64,000 bases of DNA. Source: an uncultured bacterium. GTDB lineage: Bacteria > Auribacterota > UBA3054 > JAPLST01. Under the pieces are notes generated by a model, which had not been told where the DNA came from, made no database searches, and was given only the letters and a program-made list of their open reading frames with translations. Position 1 is the stretch's first letter; each line of letters begins with the position of its first letter. Location: positions 144,966 to 208,965 of the forward strand of contig CAYNJC010000001.1 of NCBI GenBank assembly GCA_964397565.1, in the 5' to 3' direction. The translations under genes were made by a program, and so were the position numbers. Of this stretch, positions 1-9,372 are shown piece after piece.

Positions 1-1
1 A

Positions 2-385
2 ATCAGTGAGCTGGCCGCGGCCAACGGCATCAGCCGCGGTTCGATTCTCAGTGTTGGCCAATCGCTGCTCATTCCGGTCAGCAAATCTCCGGCGCAGCCG
101 GCCGCCAGCACGACTGACACAACCACACCCGGGGCCGCGCCGACAACCGCGTTGCAGCCCGCCACCACCACGACGGAGCAGCCCGCCACGCCTGACGGCA
201 CGGCCACGCCCGCGCCGCGGGCCGGCGCGTATGAGACCGAATATTACACGGTTCAGCAAGGCGATTCGTATTGGAAGATTGCGCGCCAGTATGGCGTCAC
301 CAGCACCGAACTGATGTCCCTCAACGACACCAGCGATTCGCGCTTGAAGATTGGCCAGAAAGTTCTCGTGCCCAAGAAACAATGA
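2..385 (+). CDS. LysM-repeat protein, 3' end only (5' truncated at window edge)
   Basis: Frame 2 is open from base 2 to TGA 383-385. The C-terminus YYTVQQGDSYWKIARQYGVTSTELMSLND...KIGQKVLVP is a LysM signature. An earlier LysM-like segment ISELAAANGISRGSIL..LLIPV is joined to it by a T/P/A-rich linker. The ORF track only lists the internal Met at 152. Confidence 0.7.
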   Translation: MSELAAANGISRGSILSVGQSLLIPVSKSPAQPAASTTDTTTPGAAPTTALQPATTTTEQPATPDGTATPAPRAGAYETEYYTVQQGDSYWKIARQYGVTSTELMSLNDTSDSRLKIGQKVLVPKKQ

Positions 386-1539
386 CCACCGCGCGTATCC
401 AGGGGCGTTGGCTGCCCGAACTGTTTGTCGCCATCGTGCTGGTGCTCGTGGCCTACGGCGCGCTGATCACCTACACCACCAGCGTCTACTACGCACAAGA
501 TGTGTTTGGCAACCGCCTGTACTTCTTGCAGCGCGAGCTGCTGTGGGTCGCGTTGGGCGTGCTGGCAGCACTCGTGGCCTTTTGCGTGCACTACCAAGTG
601 GTGCAGAAGCTGAGTACCTTTTTGTTTCTGGCGACCATCGCGCTGCTGGTACTGGTCCTGCTGCCCGGCGTCGGCCGGTCGGTGAACAACGCCGCGCGCT
701 GGCTGCCATTCGCCGGTTTCACGCTGCAACCGTCGGAAGTGGCCAAATATACACTGATCATTTTTGTGGCCAAATGGCTGAGTGTGCGGCGCCGGCACGT
801 CCATCGCTTTTTCCGCAATACCGTGCTCCTGCTGGCGCTGGTCGCCGTGCCCCTGGGTCTTATTTTGAAAGAGCCGGATCTTGGCACCCCGGTGGTGATC
901 GGCGCAACCGTGCTGATCATGCTGTTTGTCGGCGGCGTGCCGTGGCGCCACTTGCTGTGGATCGGCCTGAGCGCGATTCCGCCGCTGGTGGCACTGGTCT
1001 GGCTGGTCCCCTATCGCATGCAACGGCTGATCGTGTTTCTCAATCCGGATGCTGATCCATTGAACACCGGCTTCCAGATTCGGCAGTCATTGATCGCGAT
1101 CGGTTCGGGAAAAATCAATGGTTTGGGCCTGGGCATGTCCGTCCAAAAAATGCATTTTCTGCCGGAAGCACACACTGATTTCGCCTTCGCCATCATCGGC
1201 GAGGAACTCGGCTTTGTCGGCGCAGCCATGACGATCTTGCTGTTCTTGCTGTTTTTCTACACGATGTACCGCTTGACCCTGCACATTCAAGATTTGTTCG
1301 GGCACTTGGTGGCGGTCGGCATTATGAGCATACTGGCACTGCAAACGATCATCAACATCGGGGTCGTGACCGGCTGCCTGCCGACCAAAGGCTTGGCCCT
1401 GCCGTTCATCAGCTACGGCGGTTCAAGTTTGGTTATCACCTTGGCGGCGTGCGGGCTGCTGCTGAACATTGCGCATAACCAACGCAACTTGCGCGTGGAC
1501 ACGGGGGCCACACGTGGCTATGACGAGACCATCGTGTAA
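382..1539 (+). CDS. ftsW: SEDS family cell division peptidoglycan glycosyltransferase FtsW
   Basis: Multi-TM protein with FtsW/RodA-like motifs (GVGRSVNNAARWL, ALPFISYGGSS). Its ATG at 382 overlaps the upstream stop (ATGA). It sits in a dcw cluster followed by murG. Confidence 0.9.
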   Translation: MTTARIQGRWLPELFVAIVLVLVAYGALITYTTSVYYAQDVFGNRLYFLQRELLWVALGVLAALVAFCVHYQVVQKLSTFLFLATIALLVLVLLPGVGRSVNNAARWLPFAGFTLQPSEVAKYTLIIFVAKWLSVRRRHVHRFFRNTVLLLALVAVPLGLILKEPDLGTPVVIGATVLIMLFVGGVPWRHLLWIGLSAIPPLVALVWLVPYRMQRLIVFLNPDADPLNTGFQIRQSLIAIGSGKINGLGLGMSVQKMHFLPEAHTDFAFAIIGEELGFVGAAMTILLFLLFFYTMYRLTLHIQDLFGHLVAVGIMSILALQTIINIGVVTGCLPTKGLALPFISYGGSSLVITLAACGLLLNIAHNQRNLRVDTGATRGYDETIV

Positions 1540-2668
1540 TGCCACGGTCACGCGCTGCTTGATTGCCGGCGGCGGCACGGGCGGGCACATCACACCGGCG
1601 CTGGCCTTGTGCGAGACCTTGCAGGGCCGCGATCCGCGGGCGCAGGTCTGGTATTGTGGGCGGCCGGGTTCGCTGGAACACGAGCTGGTGCGCGCGCATG
1701 GCATCAGTTACAAATTCGTCTGCGCGGCGCCACCGGCATGCGGTCTCTGGTCGGCATTGCGCTGCGCGGTCATGATGCTGATCGGCTTCGTGCAAAGTGT
1801 TGTGCTGATCATCAAGTGCGCGCCGCAAGTGATCATTGGATTTGGCGGTTACACGGCCGTGCCGCCCTTGCTGGCCGGCCTTTTGTTACGGCGCCAGGTC
1901 GTCGTGCATGAAGCCAATGTGTTGCCCGGCAAAGCCGTGCGCTTGTTGGTGCGGGCCGGCGCGCAATTGGCCTACGGCCTCGCGCCGCGCGACCATGAAC
2001 CGGCCCTGACGAAAGCCTGGCAACGCCTGCGCACACGCGCGACTTTCACCGGCAACCCTTTGCGGCAGGCCTTTCTGGAGGCGACCGCCGCCCACGGCCG
2101 CGCGCTCACCGGTTTCGCGCCCGACGCCGTCGTCCTGATGACCTTGGGCGGCAGTCAAGGCTCACGCATGCTGAATACCTGCGTGCCGGATATGGTGCGG
2201 CGGCTGCTGCCCGTGCTGCCGCATCTCCACGTGATACACATTACCGGCCTCGCCGATGCCGATCAGGTGCGCAAGGCCTATCAGACCTTGCACGTGCCGC
2301 AGTTTGTCGTCAGTTACAGCACCGCCATCGGCGCCTTGTTTCGCAGCGCCACGCTGGTGATCGCGCGGGCCGGCGCACTGACGGTCAGCGAGTTGTGCGT
2401 CTGCGGTGTGCCGGCCATTCTGGTCCCCTTTCCGCACGCCGCCGACAATCACCAGGAACACAATGCCCGCGTCCTCAGTGACGCCGGCGGCGCAATCTTG
2501 TTGCGCGAAGCCGGGCTGACACCCGCGCGCTTGGCGGAAACGGCCGGCGCATTGCTGGCCGCGCCGGCACGCCGCGCGGCCATGCGCGCCGCGCTCCAAT
2601 CTCTGGCGGTGCCGGATGCCGCCCAACGGTTAGCCACGCTCCTTGAAACATGTCACGCGACCTCGTAA
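1520..2668 (+). CDS. murG: UDP-N-acetylglucosamine--N-acetylmuramyl-(pentapeptide) pyrophosphoryl-undecaprenol GlcNAc transferase MurG
   Basis: N-terminal GGGTGGHI motif and C-terminal GT28 domain (FPHAADNHQEHNARVL). The start is chosen at ATG 1520, in frame with ORF 1469-2668, because the MurG N-terminus normally begins just before the GGTGGH motif. Confidence 0.9.
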   Translation: MTRPSCNATVTRCLIAGGGTGGHITPALALCETLQGRDPRAQVWYCGRPGSLEHELVRAHGISYKFVCAAPPACGLWSALRCAVMMLIGFVQSVVLIIKCAPQVIIGFGGYTAVPPLLAGLLLRRQVVVHEANVLPGKAVRLLVRAGAQLAYGLAPRDHEPALTKAWQRLRTRATFTGNPLRQAFLEATAAHGRALTGFAPDAVVLMTLGGSQGSRMLNTCVPDMVRRLLPVLPHLHVIHITGLADADQVRKAYQTLHVPQFVVSYSTAIGALFRSATLVIARAGALTVSELCVCGVPAILVPFPHAADNHQEHNARVLSDAGGAILLREAGLTPARLAETAGALLAAPARRAAMRAALQSLAVPDAAQRLATLLETCHATS

Positions 2669-4062
2669 CTGTTGATCTGCACGCCCTGCCGCAGCCCTGC
2701 GCCGGCCGCCGCTATTTCCTGTGCGGCCTCGGTGGCGCGGGCATGAATCCGCTGGCGCACGTGCTCGCCGCGCGGGGTGTCGCCGTCGCCGGCAGCGACG
2801 CCTGCGCCCAGAAATCAACCGCGATGCTGAGTGCGGCCGGCATTTCCTGCGCGCTCGGCCATGCGGCCGATCAGGTGCGCGGCGCGGATGTCTTTGTCTA
2901 CAGCAGCGCCATCGCCGATGACAATCCCGAATTTCAGTATGCGCGCGACCATAACATTCCCTGTCTGCATCGCGCCCACGTCCTGGCCCAATTGGTCAAC
3001 CACGCGCACGGCATCACCGTCGCCGGCACCCACGGCAAGACCACCACGACCGCGTTGATCGCGCTGATTCTCACCGAGGCCGGGCTTGATCCCACCGCTG
3101 TCGTCGGCGGCTTTGTGCCCGCGTTCAATGGCTACCACCGCCTTGGTCATGCTGATTGGTTCGTCGTCGAGACCGATGAAAGTGACGGCTCATTTCAATT
3201 GTTCGATTCGACGCTGGCCGTGTTGCTGAATATTGATGCCGACCATTTGGACTACTATCCCGACCTCGCAGCGATTGAAGCCGCGTGCGCCCGCTATGTT
3301 GCGCGCATCAAGCCCGGCGGCACCTTGGTCTACAACGCCGATGACGCGCACGCAACCGCTGTGGCCGCACGCGCGCCGCTGCATGTTGCCCGCCTGGCCT
3401 GCAGTTGCACCAGTCCGGCGTCCTTTCGCGCGCAGGTCGTGGCGCTGCAGCCATGGTCTTCAGAATTTTCGGTCAGCGAGGCAGGCGCAACCTATCCCGT
3501 CACCGTGGGCGTGCCCGGCCAGCACAATGTCAGCAATGCGTTGCAGGCGCTTGCCGCCGCGCGCAGCAGCGGCGCATCCGTTGCGGCAGTCCAGCGCGCC
3601 TGCGCCGCGTTTCACGGCGTCGAGCGCCGCTTTCAAATGCTGGGCACGTGCCAGGGCGCGACCATTGTGGATGACTATGCCCACCATCCGCGCGAGATCG
3701 AGGCGACCTTGCGCGCCGCCCGCGCACTCGGCCAGCCGCTGCTGGTGGTGTTCCAGCCGCATCGTTTCTCACGCACCCAAAAACTGCTGGATGAGTTTGT
3801 GTGTGTCCTCGGCGGCCTTGACCGGCTGATCTTGACCGATATTTTTGGCGCCAGCGAAACGCCCGGCACCGTCACCGGCGGCACTCTCTATGACCGCGTC
3901 CGGGCTGTCGCGCCGCACACCCAGTATGTCGCCGATATCGCCGCCGTGCCGGACGCCGTGCAGCGCGCGTGTCGGCCCGGCGACCTGGTCTTGTTCCTGG
4001 GCGCCGGCACCATTTCCGCCGCCGCGCATCAGCTCATTGCATCACCCGCCGCTGTGCACTAG
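2650..4062 (+). CDS. murC: UDP-N-acetylmuramate--L-alanine ligase MurC
   Basis: Mur ligase motifs: GLGGAGMNPLA, the GTHGKTTTTALIA P-loop, and DDYAHHPREIEA. It overlaps the murG 3' end by 19 nt. Confidence 0.9.
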   Translation: MSRDLVTVDLHALPQPCAGRRYFLCGLGGAGMNPLAHVLAARGVAVAGSDACAQKSTAMLSAAGISCALGHAADQVRGADVFVYSSAIADDNPEFQYARDHNIPCLHRAHVLAQLVNHAHGITVAGTHGKTTTTALIALILTEAGLDPTAVVGGFVPAFNGYHRLGHADWFVVETDESDGSFQLFDSTLAVLLNIDADHLDYYPDLAAIEAACARYVARIKPGGTLVYNADDAHATAVAARAPLHVARLACSCTSPASFRAQVVALQPWSSEFSVSEAGATYPVTVGVPGQHNVSNALQALAAARSSGASVAAVQRACAAFHGVERRFQMLGTCQGATIVDDYAHHPREIEATLRAARALGQPLLVVFQPHRFSRTQKLLDEFVCVLGGLDRLILTDIFGASETPGTVTGGTLYDRVRAVAPHTQYVADIAAVPDAVQRACRPGDLVLFLGAGTISAAAHQLIASPAAVH

Positions 4063-4075
4063 GAGGACCCAGCCC

Positions 4076-4903
4076 ATGGCCGTTGTACAACGTTTGGATA
4101 TCAACCGCAGTGTGGCGCGCCGCCCGCGCGTGGTGAAGGCGCGCATTGCGCGGTTCTTCATCGGCCTCGCCGCAGTCCTGGTGCTGGGCTTGGTTGTGGC
4201 GGCCCTGGTCTGCGCCGGGCGCCTGGCCTTGACGCGCTTTCTGCATCATCCCGATTTTGTCATTCGCCACGTCTACGTTGTCTGTCATGGCGTGCGCACC
4301 GTGCCCGACCGTGAAATCGTGGCGCGTGCGCGCATCGTCTCGAACATGAACATTTATGCGACCTCGCTCGAACCAATGGCCCAGCGCCTGCGTCTACATC
4401 CCGATATTGCCGCCGTCGAAATCACCAAGCGCCATCCGGACGCCCTGGTCATCTCCTTCACCGAACGCGAGCCGGTGGCGCTGCTCAAGCAGGCCGGCGG
4501 CGGGCCCGACATTCCGGTTGACCGCGACGGTGTGATGCTCTCGGCGCGCAAGCTGCGTTACGCATCGCAGGTGCCGTGCTTGGAAGGCTTGACCGTGGTC
4601 AACTACCGGCCGGGCGTCGCGCTCGCGGATCTGCGCGTGCCAGTCGCCATGCGCTTTGTGGACACGCTCCGGCGCATGCAGCAGCAGATTTTTCTGGAGA
4701 TCACCAGCATTCAGTTCGCCAACGCCAAGCACGTCACCTTAAAGTCCAAATACGTTGATGAAATCCGGCTGGGCGCCGAGTACTCGATCAACAACGTCGT
4801 GCGCCTGCTGAAAACCGTCGAAGTCCTGCGCGCCCAGCATCGCAATGCGCGCTGCATCGACCTGCGTTTCGCGGATGTTGTCGTCACCCCGTATTCCCTC
4901 TGA
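4076..4903 (+). CDS. ftsQ: cell division protein FtsQ (POTRA domain)
   Basis: Basic N-terminus followed by one TM helix (FFIGLAAVLVLGLVVAALV), then a POTRA-like periplasmic domain. An AGGAGG RBS lies at 4061-4066, upstream of ATG 4076. The longer ORF 3845-4903 would overlap murC. Confidence 0.8.
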   Translation: MAVVQRLDINRSVARRPRVVKARIARFFIGLAAVLVLGLVVAALVCAGRLALTRFLHHPDFVIRHVYVVCHGVRTVPDREIVARARIVSNMNIYATSLEPMAQRLRLHPDIAAVEITKRHPDALVISFTEREPVALLKQAGGGPDIPVDRDGVMLSARKLRYASQVPCLEGLTVVNYRPGVALADLRVPVAMRFVDTLRRMQQQIFLEITSIQFANAKHVTLKSKYVDEIRLGAEYSINNVVRLLKTVEVLRAQHRNARCIDLRFADVVVTPYSL

Positions 4904-4915
4904 TGAGGCGGCACG

Positions 4916-6157
4916 ATGGCACGTGGTGAACTAATCGTGACTGCGCTGGACATCGGCACAACCCAGGTGCGCGCGGTGATCGCCCGCTGTCATCCGGAGC
5001 GCGGGCTGCACATCATCGGTGCGGCCGCCAAACCCGTCGAGGGCCTGCGCAAGAGTACTATCCAGGATGCCGGCGCCGTGGCCAACGTCATTCGCAGCAC
5101 GATTGAAGACGCCGAGCAGGATGCCCATACCGAAGTCAAAGTCGTGCAGGTCGGCATTAGCGGCGGCCATCTGCACAGTCTCAACAGTGTCGCCGTCGTC
5201 AATCTCATCGAGGACGACACGATCGAGGAACGCCATATTCAAGAGGTGCTCGACAAAGCGCGCAGTAATGCCGGCGAAAAGGGCCGTGAAATTCTGCACA
5301 CGATTCCGCTGGAGTACCGCCTCGATGGCCACGCCGGCATTCTCAATCCGCTGGGCATGCAGGCTGCGCGCGTCGAGTGCAATGTCCACCTCATCAGCGC
5401 CGACCGCACCATGATGGAAAACCACGCCCGGGTGGTCAATGATGCCGGCTTCAATGTCAGCGAGTTGTGTTTCACCGGCCTGGCCGACGGCCATTGCGCC
5501 TTGAGCGAGCAGGACAAAAAAGATGGTGTCCTGCTCGTTGATCTGGGCGGCGGCTCGACCGCCTATGTCGTCTACTGCAATAATACGGTGCATCACTCGA
5601 GCGTCTTTGCCGTCGGCGGCGAACATATCACCAACGATCTCGCCCTCGGCCTCAACCTGACCATGCCGCAGGCCGAGGAGCTGAAGTGCACCTATGCGCG
5701 CCTGCTGCGCTTTACCGGCGCGACCGAAGACCCGCATGCCATTCGCATCCCCACCAGCGATAAGAAAAACCGCACGGTCTTGCGCCAGGATGTTGATCTG
5801 ATTATTGACTCGCGCATCGAGGAATTGCTGCAGTTCGTGCATGATGACATTCAACAGCGGCAACTGCGCCCGCTGTTGACGCGCGGCGTCGTCTTTGTCG
5901 GCGGCGGCACGCAGTTGCACCACTTCACTGAACGCGCCGAGAAACTCTTTGCGATGCCCGTCCGCGTCGCGGTGCCGCGCATTCTCGCGCCCAATGACGC
6001 GCATGCCGCCACGGATTTTTGGTCGGATCGGCATGAATTCCTGCACGATACCACGTTCACCACCGCGCTCGGCCTGGTGCGGCATGCCTTCATCTCGCAC
6101 TTGCATGCCCATGCCAAACGGCCCGGTCTCTTTTCTCGCCTTTTTTCACTTTCGTAA
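4916..6157 (+). CDS. ftsA: cell division protein FtsA (actin-like ATPase)
   Basis: N-terminal LDIGTTQVRAVIA motif and DLGGGSTAYVVY (actin-fold phosphate 2). It is positioned between ftsQ and ftsZ. Confidence 0.92.
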   Translation: MARGELIVTALDIGTTQVRAVIARCHPERGLHIIGAAAKPVEGLRKSTIQDAGAVANVIRSTIEDAEQDAHTEVKVVQVGISGGHLHSLNSVAVVNLIEDDTIEERHIQEVLDKARSNAGEKGREILHTIPLEYRLDGHAGILNPLGMQAARVECNVHLISADRTMMENHARVVNDAGFNVSELCFTGLADGHCALSEQDKKDGVLLVDLGGGSTAYVVYCNNTVHHSSVFAVGGEHITNDLALGLNLTMPQAEELKCTYARLLRFTGATEDPHAIRIPTSDKKNRTVLRQDVDLIIDSRIEELLQFVHDDIQQRQLRPLLTRGVVFVGGGTQLHHFTERAEKLFAMPVRVAVPRILAPNDAHAATDFWSDRHEFLHDTTFTTALGLVRHAFISHLHAHAKRPGLFSRLFSLS

Positions 6158-6175
6158 GGATGGGGGTAGACAGTC

Positions 6176-7300
6176 ATGCACAATGGCGCAATTCATATTC
6201 AAGTCGTCGGCGTGGGCGGCGGCGGCGGCAATGCGGTGCATCACATCGCCCAGCGCACGCAGAACGGCGTTGATTTTGTCTGCATCAACACGGATGCGCA
6301 GGCGCTCGCCACCATGCAGGTCACCCGCACGTTGCAGATCGGCGAGAAACTCACCCACGGCTATGGCTCGGGCGCGCGCCCGGAAATCGGACGCCAAGCG
6401 GCCGAAGAAGATTACCAACGCCTGTGCGAAATGCTGGCCACCACCGACCTGGTCTTCATTGCCGCCGGGCTGGGCGGCGGCACGGGCACCGGCGCCGCGC
6501 CCGTCATCGCCAAGGCCGCCAAGGAAATGGGCGCGCTCACCATCGCCGTCGTGACCAAGCCGTTCCAATTCGAAGGCGCGCACCGGGCCGAAATTGCCAA
6601 CACGGGCCTGCTCGAATTGCGCCAGTCCGTCGATGCCGTCATGTGCATTCCGAACGATCGCATCACGCGCTTGATTGGCGATCAGACCCCCATTGGCGAT
6701 GCCTTTCGCCTCACCGACGACGTGCTCCATCACGCCGTCACGGCGATGAGCGACCTGATTGCGCGCGTCGGTATCATCAATATTGACTACGGCGATATTG
6801 CCACCGTCATGCGCGAACAAGGCGACGCCATGGTCGGCTTCGGCGAGGCCAGCGGCGAGATGCCCGCCTGCAAAGCAGTGCGCTATGCCATGGCGTCGCC
6901 CCTGCTGGAACGCACGGATGTCGTCGGCGCCAAACGCGTCTTGCTGGCTATCAGCGGCGGGCGCGACTTGACCATGAAGGATGTGCAGGAGGCCGTCCAG
7001 TCGGTCCACAACGAAATCCGCGCTGAAGCGCATGTCATCTTCGGCGTCAATATCCTTGAGGAGTTGCACGAAACGGTGCGCGTGACCTTGATCGCCACCG
7101 GCTTGGCCGACCAGAAAAAAGCGGAACCGGTCAAACCGCGCATGGTCACCTCGGGCATCACCACCCAATCGTCATTTGATTTCTTTCCCGCTGACAGCGG
7201 CCGCTTTGCGAATATGCAGCCGACCTTGATTAACAACGTCAATTATGACCGCCCCACCTTTATGCGCTGGGGCCGCAAACTCTTATCTGACGCGGCATAG
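6176..7300 (+). CDS. ftsZ: cell division GTPase FtsZ
   Basis: Tubulin signature GGGTGTGAAPVIA plus NTDAQAL and the T7 loop. The C-terminal tail is conserved. Confidence 0.95.
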   Translation: MHNGAIHIQVVGVGGGGGNAVHHIAQRTQNGVDFVCINTDAQALATMQVTRTLQIGEKLTHGYGSGARPEIGRQAAEEDYQRLCEMLATTDLVFIAAGLGGGTGTGAAPVIAKAAKEMGALTIAVVTKPFQFEGAHRAEIANTGLLELRQSVDAVMCIPNDRITRLIGDQTPIGDAFRLTDDVLHHAVTAMSDLIARVGIINIDYGDIATVMREQGDAMVGFGEASGEMPACKAVRYAMASPLLERTDVVGAKRVLLAISGGRDLTMKDVQEAVQSVHNEIRAEAHVIFGVNILEELHETVRVTLIATGLADQKKAEPVKPRMVTSGITTQSSFDFFPADSGRFANMQPTLINNVNYDRPTFMRWGRKLLSDAA

Positions 7301-7345
7301 TGCGGCGCCCCGGGCCGCTGAGTGAGTAAACTCCCGTGCCAGCAG

Positions 7346-7380
7346 CTGACGGTCCACCCTCCCGGGCCGTCAGTTTTTTT
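7346..7380 (+). terminator. Rho-independent terminator after ftsZ
   Basis: GC-rich hairpin ctgacggtcc...ggccgtcag immediately followed by a T7 run. Confidence 0.7.
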
Positions 7381-7622
7381 ATCTGCTGCTTGCACTTCCG
7401 GAATGAACATGCCCAATCGTCTTCCTCGCCAGCTTGGCGCTGTTTCTTACGCGCGTCGCCACGGTTACGTTCACGTGATACCTCGCGGGCTCGCGCAAGT
7501 CACGCGGTACTGTGGCCGCGGGCGTTGACTGCGGCCGATCCTGCCGCCCGCAGCGCGGCGGCTGCAATAGATATCGCCCTCTGCGCGGCCGGCTATGCGG
7601 CTTGTCCCCGCCCGCGGCAAAT

Positions 7623-7631
7623 GCTACAATG
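7623..7631 (+). promoter_or_regulatory. putative extended -10 element TGCTACAAT upstream of the GT2 gene
   Basis: TGnTACAAT lies 22 nt upstream of start codon 7653, with AAGGA at 7643-7647 as RBS. The same 9-mer recurs at 57972 and nearly at 61811. Confidence 0.35.
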
Positions 7632-7652
7632 ATACACACAATAAGGACATGC

Positions 7653-8408
7653 ATGGTTGCCGCCGCCGATCCAATGACCACCCCGCAGCAAGCCGCGCGC
7701 GAACGCGTGACGGTCGTGATTCCCGCACGCAATGAAGCGCAGAATTTGGCGGCCGTGTTGCCGCGCGTCGTCGAGGTGTGCACCGATATCCTGGTCGTTG
7801 ACGGCGCATCGCATGACGACACTGCGGCCGTGGCGCGGCAGCACGGCGCGCGCGTCATCAGCGATGGCGGCCGCGGCAAAGGCCTGGCGCTGCGCGCCGC
7901 GCTGCCGCATATCACGCGCGAGATCACCGTCTTCATGGATGCCGATGGGTCGCACGACGCGCGCATGATTCCCGCCTTGATTTCACCGATCATGCACGGC
8001 ACGGCGGATCACGTCACCGGCTCGCGCCTGTTGGGCGGCTCGAGCGAGCTGCATGGCGGTTTCGACGAATTCGTGCGCCTGGCCGGCAGCGCCTTCGCCA
8101 TGGCGTGCATCAATTACCGTTGCCATACGCGCCTGAGCGATTCACAGAACGGCTTTCGCGCGTTGCGCAGCGACGTGCTGCGCCAGCTCAACCTGACGGA
8201 TCGCGGCACCACCATCGAGCAGGAAATGATCATCAAGACGCTGCGCGGCGGATGGCGCATGGCGGAAGTGCCCACCCACGAGTTTCGCCGCTTGCACGGC
8301 ACGTCGTGCATTCGCGTCAGCCGCGCTTGGTTCTGGTATTTGCATTCCTTGTTCAAACATCTCTTCTTCAGTCGCGCCGTAAGACGTGACGGCTCCAGCA
8401 GCATATGA
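7653..8408 (+). CDS. family 2 glycosyltransferase, polyprenol-phosphate sugar transferase (Dpm1/ArnC-like)
   Basis: VVIPARNEAQNL...ILVVDGASHDDT...FMDADGSH is the GT-A DxD architecture typical of dolichol/undecaprenol-phosphate mannosyl- or glucosyltransferases. The start is taken at ATG 7653, inside ORF 7512-8408. Confidence 0.8.
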   Translation: MVAAADPMTTPQQAARERVTVVIPARNEAQNLAAVLPRVVEVCTDILVVDGASHDDTAAVARQHGARVISDGGRGKGLALRAALPHITREITVFMDADGSHDARMIPALISPIMHGTADHVTGSRLLGGSSELHGGFDEFVRLAGSAFAMACINYRCHTRLSDSQNGFRALRSDVLRQLNLTDRGTTIEQEMIIKTLRGGWRMAEVPTHEFRRLHGTSCIRVSRAWFWYLHSLFKHLFFSRAVRRDGSSSI

Positions 8409-8419
8409 CCACGCCACAT

Positions 8420-8800
8420 TCTGCAAATCCCCCTTTTATAAAGCGGGTTGGGCGGGAGTACTGTTGCTGCCGTCCCCCTTTTCCCGCCAACGGCGGGAGG
8501 GGCGGGCGCAGCAGCGCCGGGGGTCGCAGCCATCCCCCTTTGGAAAAGGGGGTTGGGGGATTTCTTGCATCGCGGCTGCGGCACCACACGCCCAATCTGC
8601 ATCTTCGCCCCACCAGCAGGCGCAGTGGGATTTTCCAAGCCCTGGATACTTAGTGTTTTTTTTCACGCAAAACCCGGAAGAGCCTTGCTTAAGAGGCGCG
8701 GGGGATTCCGCTGTTGCTGCCGCCGCCTTTTTCTGTAAAATCCCTCCCCCCGCCAAGCCGGGGTACTTCCTTTAGCAAAGGGAGATTGCAGCACCCCTCG
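8420..8800. repeat. hairpin-rich noncoding region (CCCTTT..AAAGGG palindromes plus one REP motif)
   Basis: At least four short palindromes of the form ccccctttNNNNaaaggggg (for example ccccctttggaaaaggggg at 8534-8552). A reversed copy of the genome REP palindrome tcccgccaacggcggga lies at 8482-8498. ctgttgctgccg occurs twice. No protein-like ORF is present. Confidence 0.5.
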
Positions 8801-8852
8801 GCCCTGCCTACAATGTAGAATAACAAGTTCGGTGACATCGAATACCAGGCGC

Positions 8853-8882
8853 CCATCCGTTTGCGCTGAGAGTATTATAATG
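8853..8882 (+). promoter_or_regulatory. putative sigma70 promoter of the PIN/partner pair
   Basis: TTGCGC-N18-TATAAT (tattataat at 8874-8882), 14 nt before GTG 8896. Confidence 0.4.
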
Positions 8883-8895
8883 CTAAAATGTCTGT

Positions 8896-9372
8896 GTGAA
8901 GAAGAAGGTTTACATCGAAACGACCGTGGTGAGTTATCTGACAGCGCGGCCAAGCGCTGATCCAGTGATTGCCGGGCATCAAGAAGCCACACGGGCATTC
9001 TGGAGCCGACGCAACGAGTTCGGCTTGTTCATTTCCGATCTGGTTCTCCAAGAGGCCGGGCGAGGGGATCCGGACGTGGCTAAGGCTCGCCTTGATGTCT
9101 TGGTGTCCCTGCCGATGCTGGACATCAACGATGAAGTGCAGGTGCTGGCCAAGTCACTGATCAAGGCGAAAGCCGTGCCACGCGAATCCCAGGAAGATGC
9201 ACTGCACATTGCCGTGGCCACAATCAACGGACTCGACTGCATTGTAACGTGGAACTTTGCGCATATTAATAATCCGTTCACGCGGATGAGAATTCGCCAC
9301 GCGCTTGAGGCCGCAGGCCATGTGGCGCCCGAAATGTGTTCACCAGATGAATTGCTGGGAGGCCAGTCATGA
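8896..9372 (+). CDS. PIN-domain ribonuclease, VapC-like toxin
   Basis: 158 aa with the PIN fold pattern: acidic residue in the N-terminal strand (VYIETTVV), ISDLVLQEAG, and DALHIAVA...LDCIVTWNF. The listed ORF begins at a GTG. Confidence 0.7.
   Translation: MKKKVYIETTVVSYLTARPSADPVIAGHQEATRAFWSRRNEFGLFISDLVLQEAGRGDPDVAKARLDVLVSLPMLDINDEVQVLAKSLIKAKAVPRESQEDALHIAVATINGLDCIVTWNFAHINNPFTRMRIRHALEAAGHVAPEMCSPDELLGGQS

Noticed and set aside
3845-4075. N-terminal extension of ftsQ (ORF 3845-4903), which would give a 352-aa protein overlapping murC.
   Set aside because: The extension is Pro/Ser/Ala-rich and lies out of frame within murC. A strong AGGAGG RBS precedes ATG 4076, where the typical FtsQ basic N-terminus plus TM segment begins.
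4931-6112. 393-aa ORF on the minus strand opposite ftsA. Similar long antisense ORFs lie opposite ftsZ (6146-7168), the radical SAM gene (9638-11035), the carbamoyltransferase (11069-12097), the beta-helix gene (20448-21527), the sulfatase (24258-25274), the URO-D gene (40272-41363), thyX/ABC (51594-53816) and GH13 (54512-56080).
   Set aside because: In 65% GC DNA, stop codons are rare on the antisense strand of real genes. These translations are Arg/Ala/Gly-rich low-complexity strings without motifs, and each overlaps a gene with clear family signatures.
8420-8800. Possible CRISPR array, considered because of the repeated tccccctttt units.
   Set aside because: The units are irregularly spaced (45 and 60 bp). 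The repeats are not identical and are themselves palindromic hairpins. There are no regular spacers and no cas genes nearby.
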